Positions 38,833 to 51,279 of a DNA stretch of 64,000 bases are shown in pieces (the first letter of the stretch is position 1; every line of letters starts with the position of its first letter). Source of the stretch: Vicugna vicugna (Eukaryota). The notes under the pieces were generated by a model. That model searched no databases. It saw nothing but the letters and a program-made list of their open reading frames with translations, and was not told the DNA's origin. The DNA is taken from NCBI GenBank assembly GCA_013265495.1, contig MU058463.1, positions 3,061,523 through 3,125,522 on the forward strand, in the 5' to 3' direction. The translations under genes were made by a program, and so were the position numbers.

Positions 38833-39819
38833 GAAATACGTTTACATATGTTGTATGTAATCTCACAGCTCCCTTGTGAAGCAGGAAAAGTTTTTCTCTT
38901 TTTTATTTTATTGCTAGAAATATTATGCCATAATATGTTTAAATAACTTGCCTTCTCCCTTCTCCCATTTGTGGCTGACTCAAGATTAAAGTGCTTTCCT
39001 GACTCCAATCGAGCAATATGGGTCATCTAAGGGTAACATGCATTTCAAAGAGAGGATGGATAGGCTGAAAAAAATCAAGATTTGGGGAGGAAAATATAAA
39101 AGCTGGTGCTAAGATTTTTAAATAGGGCTGATGAAGAACAGCAATAAATTGTGGAATTATTATCTCTGGAGAAGTGAGGACTGAGGCGAATCCTTAATGA
39201 CGTTATTAAAGGACGATATGTGATTATTATAACAGTATGATAGATCGTAAAGAAAAATGAAGATGTTCCCATCTTTGCTGGGCGCAGAATTAGAATGAAA
39301 CAGCTAGAGTCAAAGGCTACAAATATTTAATCAGCAATTCTGACCAGAGCTTTAGAGGGGAAGAGAAGGTAACCCAGGGAAGTTTAGAAGGCCAGGTTGG
39401 GAGCTGATACAGTGTTGGTGGCCTCATCACCCTGAGATTCCCTGAAAGCCCCTCCATCCATCCTTCTCATGGCCCAGACCCCAGATCCAGCAGAATCACT
39501 GGCTGGTTAAAGTTTCTCTAACTCACCAGCCACAGCTTAGCCATCGTGGAGTTGGGACTTAGGGATTTGACTATATACTGCCCCCAGAACTTGCTTCATC
39601 TCACAGGTGCTTACCATGGGGCACTGAGGTCACAAAGTATGATGATGTGATACAGGGAAGGACAAATCAATTGCCTGTGAGCTGGATCAGGTACAGACTT
39701 AGGCTGAAATATCCTGGCATTTGATGAAGGTTTAATTGTCTACACTAGCTGCTGGCCCTTTGGATTCTGTCAGTGTAATGGAGCTATGCTTTTTCCTACT
39801 CCCACCAAAGTTTTTCAAG

Positions 39820-40500
39820 AACCCCTTCACTTTGTATTTTTTCCAGAGTTATTTTTTCAAAACACACATCTAATAATGTCCTCCTCACATTAGGGAGTGG
39901 GACACAGAAAACAGAGATCTATACTCGGCTTTCTTGCTTGGCATTCATGGCCCTTTGGAATCTGGCTTTAATCACCTCCACACACCCTGATTTTAGCAGT
40001 GTTGTGAAAACCTGGCACAGACATTTTATTTCTCCTGTTCCTGGTGGAGGCTCTGACATAAAGCAGGTGCCCATTGCATGTCCCCAGAAGGAATGGATGA
40101 ATGAGAGACATGGGGCAGTTACTCAACCATGTCTTTCCTTGACCCCACTCAACCCCGTCATTGCATTGAGCATACTGCCCTCTCTGCCTGGAGAGTCTTC
40201 CCCTCTCGTTTCCAATTTCATTTTCATTTACTATAGCCCTATCTGTTCATGGTCTAGGTCAAATTATTGCTCCCAGTGGACTTTCCTGGATGTTGGAATT
40301 CATCTCTCTTCTCTGTGTTCTGAGTCTTCCTTGTGAATATTGATTTTACAGACCTTCTCCACTCTGCCCTAGATTACAGTTTCTGGTGTGCACATCCATT
40401 TCTACCCCGTAGAACGTGAATCCTGGGAGCTGGGGGCAATATTTTGCATCATCTGTAATACTTTGAGCACTAAAGGGTCTAGGTAAATTTTATTGAGCCA
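39820..40500 (+). mobile_element. L2 fragments (two 3' ends)
   Basis: ccagagttattttttcaaaacacacatc...ggcattcatggccctttggaatctggc...gaatggatgaatga; second piece ends tagaacgtgaatcctgggag. Confidence 0.6.
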
Positions 40501-43110
40501 GAATCCCCCTTTTCTGTGCTGACCTTTGTATTTCCCCCAACTTTTACTTCAAGTCTTCATTTTCCTCGATTCACATCTTGCTGTCCTGTTTCAAATATAA
40601 CCCCCTACTGAAGCCCCACTTAAGTCTCCTGCCTCCTCATCAGATCTTTTAACCACTCCGGTGAGCCTCCGCTCAGGCCCTCCTCTGCCTTTTTGAGCTT
40701 CAACTCCTCGGCAACTCCCCTGCTATGAGTAAGTACTATGAGCAGGAACAGTGAGTGTTTTGGCAACACAGGAAGGACTGAGGGGTAGATACAAAGATGG
40801 TGGCCCTTTAGCCCTTGGAATGAGAATAAATGACACATAAATTATGGAGAAAGATTGTGTCTCTCTAAGGAGGATTATGCTCTGTCTTTGGCTTCTGTCC
40901 ACACTGCTGAGGTCGACTTTTTCTTTGAGGAGGAAGGACCCCATATGCCTTCTTTATCTCCAGCTCTGCCCCAAAGTCTCCACGTATCTCTAAGTGATAA
41001 AATGGAAAGAAGTAGTAGGTGAGTTAGTTGATGCCCACAAAGTGGTATGAGGAAGGCTTGGAGAGCAGGGCAGGGTTGAGACGTAGTCCAGGCAGAAGAG
41101 GACTATGAGGCAAGCAGGAGACCAGCGCGGGGAGTGGCGGTGGGGGGGGGTGCTCCCTACTCTTCTGTGGTGAGGCTGTAGAGAGGAAACTTTGAAGATG
41201 CTCAAAGTTCATTTAGATCCATATCTTCTCAGCCTGGCCAGTTCACCTTCCCTTTCTCTTCCTTGTACTGATAGTTCTTCCTTTCCTTAAACTCTTATAT
41301 TCATTTCTTTCCTCTTTTTCACCTTACCTTGGTTACCCTTCTGGATGTTTTTCTGTTGGGACCTGGGTTTCTCATTTTTTTGGCTTTTTGAACCAAGACT
41401 TTCTGAGTCATTGCTCTGTCTGAGGCGGATTTATATTCTCAGTTGCTTCTATTCCTGGCGAGAGACGGGAGAGGTGGTTAGAGAGATCCCTGGAATTTTC
41501 TTCCACCTTCGAGCACTGTCTTAAGGAAGCCTGCCACCAGGAATGGCATTTCCCAGTGTTTGGTCCCCAGTCCTGAACAAAGCAGGCTAATGACCTGAGG
41601 CTGTCTCTTAACACCTATCTGCAGGTGTGAAGTGGCAGCCACAGAGACAGAAAAAAAGCATTCTGCCATAGAAAAGGAGTGGAGAGAAATGCCTGTCTGT
41701 GGTCTTAAAGCCAAGGCACGGGATGGAGGGGAAGCCTTATGAGTAGCCAGGAGCCCAAAATGTCAGAAGAATTTTGATGCCACATTGAAAGACCATGATA
41801 CTGGTCCTTCTCTCTTAATAACCCTCTCACAAACTAAGCGACCAAAAGAATGTTTCTTCAGCAGGCAGACACATGAGCAGTCTCAGTTAACTACTCAAAA
41901 AACTACCAAAAAAAGTCCCTTAATTTTTCACCCTTTTAACTCACTAATCAGCTAGTCAGTTTCTGTGTCTTCATGCAATTAGTGTGTGTCTGGAAAACAG
42001 TGCTGTACTGTGGAATGGAAATGGAGGATGTTTAAGAATGGAATGAGTCATGCCAACTTACACAGATGTGTTTGCAGAGACCAAAAGTGTATGAGAGCCT
42101 GGACCTTGAATTATTCTGTCTTTCCAAATAAAAGCTTATCTTGCAAGAATAGGGGAATGGTATCAGTGACAACTTCTCTGAATGTCTATAAATCAAGGGC
42201 CATCTGAGAGGAGGAAAATATTTCCTCAAAATTCTATGCAATCAGAAGAGTTTCACGGTCAGGCTGAGCTTTCAGGAGGAAGTCCTTCTCTGGACTACTA
42301 CCAGAAGCTTGAGCAGCCAAATTTTACTATGTGGACCACAGGATTACTAAGAATTGAGGAGTACTGTCTTCCATAGACCCTCTGTATATGACTTTCTCCC
42401 ATTCCTCCACGCGAATCCACCTTGAACTTGTACATGAAGAACTGGCAAGAATCAATAGGCAAGAATGGACAGCCCCATGTGTCCTGGCACACTGCTTTGA
42501 ATAAGCCAACTACACTGATTGGAGAGCTGTAGGAGTTAGACATTCTCCTGTTCTCTTGAACAACTTCTCCCTACTTGGCTCTTCATTCACATCTTGCCCA
42601 TCCTTTAAGGTCCACCTCCATCTCACTTGCTCCAAGAATGCAGCTCATGGTAACCCCTCCCTTTGCTGAGCCCACACTGCCCACACCATCCTCATCAATA
42701 ATCTTTGGCATTCTGTCTAAACCTTATTATTCGGCCACATTGTGCTGCTTTCTAGATGTTTCATAAGGGGAAATGCCTTGTCCTTAACAGGACTGATTGT
42801 TCCTTTAGGGCAACATCTGTGATTCATTATTTTATGTCTCCCACTTTTAGGAACGTGTAGTTGGAAATCCACTAACATGTAACCAGTGGAAGCAAATTCT
42901 CTAATATTATAGAGATCTCACAGAGCTGTCTTTCTTTTTAAGCCAACATGTTAAAAAGTACAGCCTTTTGATTAAAGATACTTTTAAAGAGCCCAGTAAA
43001 AATACTCAGGAAAAAAATCTCCAGATTGTGCCTTAGTTTTAAACATAAAGAAATGGGATAAATTATAGTATTGACTTTAAACTCATTGAACCTCTTCCGC
43101 ATTTTCTTGT

Positions 43111-43252
43111 ATAATAATAGCACTGGACGACCTTCATCCACAGCAGATACTGCTATATTGGACATGGGGCTGAATAGAGGAGCAGCATGGCTCTGCACCT
43201 GTGTTGATAATAATAGCACTGGACGACCTTCATCCACAGCAGATACTGCTAT
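43111..43252. repeat. Perfect 46-bp direct repeat with a 50-bp spacer
   Basis: ataataatagcactggacgaccttcatccacagcagatactgctat at 43111-43156 and 43207-43252. Confidence 0.97.
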
Positions 43253-43440
43253 GCCAAGCTCTTTACATGCGTTTTCTTCCCATTAGTCCTTTGGGATGAA
43301 TATTGTTATGCTCATTAGACAGATGAAGAAACTGAGATTTATGAAAGTGACTCATCAAGGGACCCCACGTACATATTTAAAGGAAGAATCTAGCCTTGAA
43401 CCAAAAATCTATCTGATGCCAGACCCCAGCTCTTGGTCAG
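43207..43440 (-). mobile_element. MIR SINE
   Basis: ataataatagc...atgccaagctctttacatg...cattagacagatgaagaaactgag...ttgaacca...atctgatgccagacccc. Confidence 0.8.
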
Positions 43441-43838
43441 TGATCTTTATACTCTTCCTTCTGTGACTAGGTGAATTCTTGTCTATTTTCCTCTTGAAAA
43501 CACAAACTGAACTCCTTTATACGCTGCAAATGGATGCTAAGTCCAGGGCAGTGGCATTTACCTTGGATCTGTACCTTTCCACTATACTGGGAGGGTAAGT
43601 TTTCCTTTGGTTCTGCAGCTATGACAAAACCTGGTCCTTCCAGGATTTGTGATTTTTGGAATAGTCCAGGTTACAGTTCACAGGACTATATACTATGATA
43701 GGATTTGCTAAAATGGCAATCTAAACCTGTTAAGTGTATGATGACGTTTTTATTTTGACAACATCCAGCTATAAACTATACATGATATGGAGAGACGAGA
43801 GAGAGAGAAAGAGTGATTTCTCTTTAGCCTTGACCCTT

Positions 43839-44010
43839 GGGGACTCAGGGACTTTTTGTTATGTGATATGGTACAGTCTTACATCTCTGGGTCACTAGCA
43901 CTAAATCCAGGATAATAATGGCCACAAGTAGCTATTCTATGACTATCTAATGCTTTACAGAAAATGAGTTTATAGATTCCAGTAATATATGCACAGACCA
44001 TTCTAACATC
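43839..44010 (+). mobile_element. Probable LF-SINE (LFSINE_Vert) relic, 5' half
   Basis: Colinear blocks gactcaggga / tgtgatatgg / tcttacatctctgggtcactag / aaatccag / atggccacaagt / aaatgagtt resemble the recalled LF-SINE consensus (gctcagggaa..gggatatgg..ctttcacctctaggtcactgg..aatccag..gtgaccaaaagt..gaaatgagtt). Confidence 0.55.
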
Positions 44011-44374
44011 TATGACTTCTTAGAAGGAATGTTTTTAAGTATGTTAATAAGAGTTGACAGTTATGTCAGAAATGATTTCCTCAAGTCTGCACTGGAAATG
44101 TGAAAGAAAGCTTGAGTTTCCTCTACAGACATGGAAAATGGACCCTCTTATTGTGATACCAAAAGCCAGTGCTGAATTCACTTGACAAACACCATATCAA
44201 TAAGGAGGCCACATATGCATCCTATACACACACGTGGACAGCATGGGAAATAGGCTCACTCTTTGGATCTTCTAGAATTGCTCAAGGGAGAATAACTGAT
44301 GAGGTGATGAGAGAACCATCTCTAGTTAACAAGAGGGCCATTTAGCTACTGAAGAGGTAGCTTAGCTAGTGAAG

Positions 44375-44600
44375 AGTGCAAGAGTTCAGAACAGGGACCC
44401 TGGAGCCAGACAGCTGAGCTGCACCACTTACAGATGTGTGACCTTGAGCAAGACACTCAGTCTCTCTGTATCTCAAGTCCTTGGCTCTAAAATGTGGGTC
44501 CTAATAGTGCCCACCTCATTCGGTGGTTGTGAGGATTCAATGAGCTGACATCCGTGAAGTACCTAGGATGGCATCTGGCACACATAGGCATTGGTTATTA
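44375..44600 (+). mobile_element. MIR SINE
   Basis: ctggagccagacagctg...ccacttacagatgtgtgaccttgagcaag...ctctctgtatctca...gttgtgaggattcaatgag. Confidence 0.85.
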
Positions 44601-44719
44601 CAGAGGAATATAGAGAATTATACTGCCATCACTCATAATAAATGTAAAGCACAGTCTTGAATCTCTGCAGGTTTTCAATTCTCTTAAGCAAAGTAGAAAA
44701 TTTTCTACATCTACATATT

Positions 44720-44975
44720 CGACATTGTCTGAGGTACCAGACACCAAGGGAGTTGCCAGGGATACACACATGAAAAAGACATAGTCTTTACCCTTCAGGG
44801 ATTTATCATCTAGAAAAAGGCAGATACGCACACCAGTGATTCTCAATCATTATGTTAAGTGCGTGAGTAGAGATGTCAAGCTGTTATGAGCGTATAAAGA
44901 GAGGGCTGAGTAATTTTCCCTGGGAGAGCTGCTGAAGCAGGTGACGTTCAGCTAGGGCTCGAAGGATGAGCACCA
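44720..44975 (-). mobile_element. L2 fragment
   Basis: gaaaaagacatagtctttacccttcagggatttatcatctag...ggtgacgttcagctagggctcgaaggatgag. Confidence 0.7.
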
Positions 44976-45289
44976 GTAAGTCCACCAACAATCATTACCT
45001 GGGGAACCATCTCTTTTGTGGGAGATTCTGTTTCACTGGGGTGCCTGGAACATTTTGGAGACTTTATCACCAAATGGTAGCAATATTTGTTAATCAACTA
45101 TGGCCTGATTGGTCTCTTTACTAGATTTCCTACAAAAGGGTAGACAGAAAAGGGAATTAGAAGGAAGGGAAAGGGTGAAGAGAGAAAATAAAACAGAAGA
45201 GAAGTAAGGAAGAGCATAATTTCCCCAAAGGTAAAGTTAAATATACGAAGGTAAAAGGCTTTCCTGTCCAATATCCTATTCAAAGGCAA

Positions 45290-45850
45290 TAATGTCTCTG
45301 TGGCTCATTTTAGTAAATTAATCAGACACATTAAAGCCAAGGAAGAAGCCCTGTCTTTCACTGTTAGGAATGAAAGAACTTTTATTTAGACATGATCCCT
45401 CCAAGGAAACAATGCAATTTTATCTGATTTCTGTGCGGCATCCGGTTTTGTCCCGGTAATAGGTAATATGCAGACATTTAAACTGCAGTTTGCCCAGTTC
45501 TGCTTCACTGGTCATTGGGGAAATTTATCTAAAGCTGCAAAAAGGACTAGAAATGTTTGCATCATATTAATAAACGGGAAACCGAGGAAGCTGCCAACTG
45601 GCAGCAGAGTGTGTTTTGGTGGTTTGATAAGGCTACTAAAGAGTTTATGATGTGACAGATGTTTCACTACACTATTGTGAAATGAATAGATTATGAGAAG
45701 TAATTAGATGTACATTGGAATCAATGCTGTTATCATCGAGGCCTTCGGGCGATGCAGTAGATGAGAGTCTTGGCAGCAGGTGGTCCAATGGCTCGGAGAC
45801 AGGAAGACACACCGCGGGAGACTGAGTGACAGGTTTCACAGATCCAGGGG
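45290..45850. promoter_or_regulatory. Candidate conserved enhancer
   Basis: Repeat-free; AACAATG (SOX-type), TTTATGA next to TGACAG (HOX/MEIS-type), TAATTAG and locally retained CpGs; inference only. Confidence 0.35.
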
Positions 45851-46849
45851 GTGAGAGATCTGAGCTGGGGCTTGCATTTGTAATCTTTACTCATGTATAA
45901 ATAATAACAACTCCACCATTGACTTCCTATGCTGTGTCATAGCCTCTGTTACCCTCACACACATGTAGAATAGTGCCGGTTTCACTTACTCAAAGTTATT
46001 CTTGGTCTCCCTGTTTTCAGATATGCATATGTATGTTCGATTGTAACTGACAGCTCTATCATTTTTTGAGGGAAGACTTTTAGAACTAATCATCTGATGA
46101 TTACATTTATTTTTAATGCTTGGCATTGAGCCGCCATTGTACAAAACTTCCTATAGGCTGCAGATCAGAGGCTGGAAAGTACTTTAACTGCCTTTCATCA
46201 GAAGGCAGTTTCTTCTCTCTGGCTCAATGACTAACATTTAAAGGGACACATTTGTCTCTCTGCTCTGTGAAATCCCTTTGCAGGGGACTTGGCAGGGTCA
46301 CTCTCCATGCTTGAAGCAACCATATGGAGCCTGCTGCTTTCAAGAGAAGGTTTTGGTTTCTGCCAGTTTCCAGGGTCAGCTATTAGCACACTGGGGAATG
46401 TTGAAGTTTCCAAGCACAGAATGAAGAGGGAGGGAAGAAATGGGTGATTAGGGGAATTAAGTAACTGATTCCCTGTGTACATCTGCTACCCCTATAGAAG
46501 GAAGAAATATCTGGTAGAGTCATTTATTAGCCCTTCTCTGCTCAAAACAGCAATGGTATTTATGTTAAAAAAAAAGTGAGGGCTTTATTGAATGGTTTCA
46601 AAATAATATGTAGCTGTGATCATCAAAGAGATCTTAGGAGAAAACATGCAGCATATGGCTGTATACTCACTTACATCTGGGAGAGTTTTTAATACTCTTA
46701 CTTATATAACTGCCAAATTAAGTAATTAACTAATTCTTCTATTCATTCTTTTAATAAACCTTCATTGAACCTTCAATATATCTCTATAATTTGCTGCTGT
46801 GGATACAAACCTAAGTGACTGTGTCATGTAGAACTCAATTGTCTCTTTG

Positions 46850-46850
<1 letters not shown>

Positions 46851-46876
<26 letters not shown>
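46851..46876. repeat. (TG)13 microsatellite
   Basis: 13 perfect TG units. Confidence 0.97.
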
Positions 46877-46883
<7 letters not shown>

Positions 46884-47489
46884 TTATATTACTCCCTGTG
46901 TTCCTTCCATGCAAAGCTAGATGTTTTGCTGGGGAGGTATATTTTAGATACTTTCTTTGAGGCTGTTATGCATCATGTATTAGACTTTTTAGAATAGAGA
47001 GTAGAAACTAGAATAATTTAATGAAATAATATAAAGCTGTAAAGTGTAAAATGCTTTAAAAAATGAAGACTAGTAGTTGGTGTTCTTAACTAATTCATAG
47101 ATATTTTGAATTAACCAGTGTCTGAAAATTCTAAAAAGGTAAGATTTTCTTCCTGATTAATAACCTGGTTAATAAAAATCTAGAGAAAATTCACCTACTC
47201 CACATGGCATGTGCTAAACTTGGAACGAGAAAGATCTAAATGCACTGAACTCAAAGCTTTTGCCTTTCAAAAGTCTGCTGTGTCAGATCTCTGTCTGGGG
47301 ATCTCTAGTGTCAACCACCAGCTCCTGAGATTTTGGTAGAGCCCAAGGCTAGTCAATCAGGACTTTCTGGGAGAGCAATAAAGCTTAATCCTTCATAGAT
47401 AATAGGACCTTGTCAAACAGGCATGAGGAGCAACCCAAAGTGGAAAACTCCGTTCAGCTGGTCTATCCCCAAAGCGCATGAACTTTCAG

Positions 47490-47700
47490 CAGTAATAGCG
47501 AACACTTACGCAGTACTCGCAAAGTGCTTCCCAGATGTTATCTCGCTTAATCCTCACAATAGCCTCAGAAGGCGGATTCTATGATTATCCCCTTTTGACA
47601 GATGAGAACACTTGAGTTTGGATTGGTTAAGAAAAATTTTCAAATTTTCCCAGGAAGTGGCAAAACATGGATTTAAAACCAGTTCTCTGATTCCAAAGCT
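47490..47700 (-). mobile_element. MIR SINE
   Basis: gtaatagcgaacacttacgcagtact...cttaatcctcacaatagcc...attatccccttttgacagatgagaa...tctgattccaaagc. Confidence 0.85.
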
Positions 47701-48204
47701 TATTATCATCCTTCAGGTCAAATGATGCTCTTCAAGTCCTTTGATTTCTCTATAGGATTTAAGGTCTGATAGGTTTCAAATAAAGGGGGAAGTTATTCAC
47801 ATGGAAATTCATGTAACCCTATTATCTGATTAAAAAAAACTAATTGCTGAAAACAAGGCTTAACAATACACATATTTATATTTGTTAAGATTCTTGTGAT
47901 GTTGACTTTGCTCCCAGTATTAATTGTGGGGCTTTGAATGGACTGTGCCTGTGAGTTCTGGTGATTGGTGAATTCTTCGGCCTCTGCCATGGTGATTAAA
48001 ATAAACACGATCCTCAAGTGGTTCATATGCATATGAAAGTTGAGAAGCACTAGTCCAAGTCTATCAGCACTTGCATATCTCTACCAATGGGAATGCCGCA
48101 CACTCTGCCTTTGGACAGATCTGACTTTTAAAGGAGTTTGAGCTAAGTTTTGTTTCCCAATAGCTGTCACAGTAGATTAAAATTCTGTGATGGAGATTTT
48201 CAAA

Positions 48205-49206
48205 ATGAAGTTAGACAAGTTGATACTAAAGTTTATGTGGAATACCAAACATGGAAGAATGCTCATAAAGACACTAAGAAAGAACTGTCAGACATTAAAA
48301 CATACCATAAAGCCTCTGTAATTAAAATGTTATTGTACTTACAGAAGAAGACAAATAGACCAGGGCAATAGAAAAGAAAGCCTAGAAGGAGCCCAGGTAT
48401 GTCAATAAATTTAGTAAAATAAAGGTAGTTTCTCAAATGACTTGGGAAAAGATAAATTTTTAAATAATGACACAGAGTAGAAATAAATAAACCTAGATCC
48501 ATTCTTTACACCACATGCAAGAATAAACTCCAGATCTATCAAAAGGTGAATAATGAAGCCATGTGAATACTAGATGAATTAATAGTTGAATTTCTCTTTA
48601 ACCTAGATGCAAGAAAGTGTTTTTGAACTGTGACTCAAAATCTAGAAACCAAAAGAGAAGAGACTGGTACGTTTTTGAACTTTTTTTTCGTGGCAAAAAC
48701 ACCATAGACAAAACCAACTAACACACTAGAAGAAAATATACGCAACTTACATTACAAAAGGCTGATATCCCTAATATACTAAAAACTCTTAAAAACTGGG
48801 GACAAAGGACCAAAACCCCAACAGAAAAATGGAAAGATATAAACAGACAATTTACAAAAAGGTTATAAACTGGCTTTTAAAATATTAAAGGATGTTCTAA
48901 CTCATGCAAAGTAAGATAAGTGCAAATTAACACTGAGATATTTCTCACCTATCAGATTAAAACATTTTTTAAGTATGACAATACATTCTGTTGGTGAGGC
49001 TGTGGGGAAACAGGCGCTCTCCTGCATTGCTGGTGGAATGCAAACCGATACAACTTATCTGAAAGGGAATTTGGTGATATTTAACAAATCTACATATGTA
49101 CATACTTTTGGACCCAGCAATAGCACTTAACAGGAATTTGTTTGTAGTTACACCCCCAATAATACAAAAATTCTGTGCATAAGGTTATTGACTGCATCAT
49201 TGTTTG
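48205..49206 (+). mobile_element. Old L1 (L1MC/L1ME-type) ORF2 fragment
   Basis: ORF 48150-48371 contains LSDIKTYHKASVIKMLLY, a decayed L1 ORF2 LPDFKLYYKATVIKT motif; further ctcacctatcagatt...ttggtgaggctgtggggaaacagg...ttggacccagcaat. Confidence 0.85.
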
Positions 49207-49208
49207 TA

Positions 49209-49386
49209 CAGTTGACCCTTGACTAGCATGAAGGTTAGGGATCCCACTCTCTGTGCAGTCAAAATTTCACATATAACTTTACAGTTGGTTCTCTGTATCC
49301 TTGGTTCTGCATCCACAGATTCAACCAAATTTGGATCTTTTAGCACTAGCACTGTTGGATATATTTAGAAAAAGAAATCCATGTGT
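49209..49386 (-). mobile_element. Tigger2-derived MITE (Tigger2a_Art-like), one end lost
   Basis: TA followed by TIR cagttgacccttga; ggttaggg...gcagtcaaaatttcacatataacttt...gttctgcatccacagattcaacca; the second TIR is replaced by L1 sequence. Confidence 0.8.
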
Positions 49387-49391
49387 CATTA

Positions 49392-49785
49392 TGTCCACTA
49401 TGGAAATATGTATGGAGGTTCCTCAAAAAAACTAAAACTAGATCTGCCATATGATTCAGCAATTTCACTCCTGGGTATGTTGAAAAAGAAGAAAAAGAAA
49501 TCTAATTCAAAAAGATACATGCACCCTACTGTTCTTGGCAGCATTAGTTAGAACAACTCAGACATGGAAGAAACTGATGTGTCCATCAACGAATGGATGA
49601 TTAAATATTACTCAGCCATAAGAAAGAATATGTATTTATAACTGAATCACTATGCTGTACACCAGAAATGAACACAACTTTGTAAATTATACTTCAATTA
49701 AAAATAAATAAATAGACAAAGGACTGATATAGACATTTTTTCCAAAGAAGACATATAAATGACCAACATATAGATGAAAAATTTC
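49392..49785 (+). mobile_element. Younger L1 ORF2-end/3' UTR fragment with internal deletions, followed by another L1 piece
   Basis: ccactatggaaa...tatggaggttcctcaaaaaaactaaaa...aagatacatgcaccc...ataactgaatcactatgctgtacaccagaa...atacttcaattaaaaat; then agacattttttccaaagaagacata. Confidence 0.85.
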
Positions 49786-50129
49786 AAGGTCTTGAAAATC
49801 AAAGAACAACTGAGGAATTGCCCCAGATTGGAGAAGACAGAGTATAAGCACCTTCAGTTATTTTTTATTGGCTCAAATTTAAGTGCACTCACTTTTTGTT
49901 TGCTCTCTTCCTAGTGAGCTCCAGTTTGTCAAAACTCTAGTAAAGGAGGTCTCTAGGATTGATAGTATTAACCTAAATGTGATCTTAAAAAGTCTAAAGT
50001 GAAATTGTCATCTCCTTTGTTGTTGTGTTTGAATTTGATTAGTGGAGACCAAATGCTCTAAAATACCAAAAGTCAGATAACATAGTTATCTCAAATTGAG
50101 GTATTGTCCTTAAATAAGGTAAGGGGATG

Positions 50130-50570
50130 ATTGCTAGGACCCCATTGTATCTTCAGCTGTCACACTGTTTCCTGTATCCCACATCAGTAGTTGAGGTGTT
50201 ATGGATCCTCAGTGCAGAATCTTATATTCATTCCCATTAAATTTTATCTTGTTAAATTTTAGAGCATTGCTGTAGCTTATTGTGATCTTTTCAGATTCTG
50301 AAGCTGTCATGAAAAACATGAGGCATTGTGCTATCTATAAATTTGTTGAGTAAGCCTGCTATACATTTTCCCAAGTCACAACGTAAATGTTGAACAAAAT
50401 AGAGCTTCCTCTAGATTAGTATCAATTATTGAAGCAAAATACCTTTCACTGTACAAATTATTACTAACCTAACTCACACAGAGTATTCTATGTGTTCAGT
50501 CAGTTATGCTCCATTCTGCTTACTAGGGTACAAGAGGAAAATTGTCAAGTGAATTTTGAAGTTTAGATCC
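50130..50570 (-). mobile_element. L3/CR1 fragment
   Basis: agtgcagaatcttatattcattcccattaaattttatcttgtt...tgtgctatctataaatttgttgag...aaatgttgaacaaaatagagc. Confidence 0.65.
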
Positions 50571-51279
50571 TTCTTACCACAGTTCTATGAAACAGTGTCC
50601 TACATTTGTAGGCTGAGAAAAGGGCCTCTCCTGGCATGTAGTATCACAGAGGTCAATTGAAGTCTGTAGAAAGTCTGGCTCCATTTCTGCTCTGGCTTAC
50701 TTAGAATTGATCACTGAAAAACTGCCAACATGTCACTCCAAATGGCATCCAGAGAAAGCAGAGACACTGACAAGCCAACAAGTTGTTTTCTGTCATAACT
50801 TGTCTCCATAAACCAAAGGGATGGGATGAAGTGGGTGGATAATTTATAATATAGGCAACTCAAGTGGTTCCTAGTTAGAAAAGGCAAGCTTTTATTAAGA
50901 GAGGTCTTTTAACACTGTTTAAATAAACACACCCCATGTTATTAGCCCAAAGATAGGAAGAGACCATTAAACCCACGGTGCATACTGCCCAATGATTTTA
51001 ATTCATAGGATGATCCTAGTCAATCTGAAAGTAGCATCTGGACACCTGAAACTAACACAGCTGACCACTGTATTGCCATGTTTAGAAGCAATATATTGCT
51101 ACAGCAGTCCCCACAGTCGCGCATATTATTGACACTGGGGACATTTAGAATTATCTAGATCTATTGCTTATAGATTTTCTATGACTTTCTACCTTAAATT
51201 AAAAAAAAAAACTAATGGAAAAAACCACAATGAAGATGTGTAGGTTCAACTCTCATTTAAAGTCTCTACTTTAAAACAC

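Noticed and set aside
41600..41745. Possible + strand exon after ...acctatctgcag (CEVAATETEKKHSAIEKEWREMP...)
   Set aside because: Weak pyrimidine tract, no canonical donor before the stop codon, and no recognisable protein.
43111..43252. CRISPR-like repeat-spacer-repeat geometry
   Set aside because: Only two repeats, mammalian context, no cas genes or leader, and the repeat unit is part of a MIR.
51087..51100. 14-bp palindrome agcaatatattgct
   Set aside because: Several palindromes of this length are expected by chance in 64 kb of AT-rich DNA.
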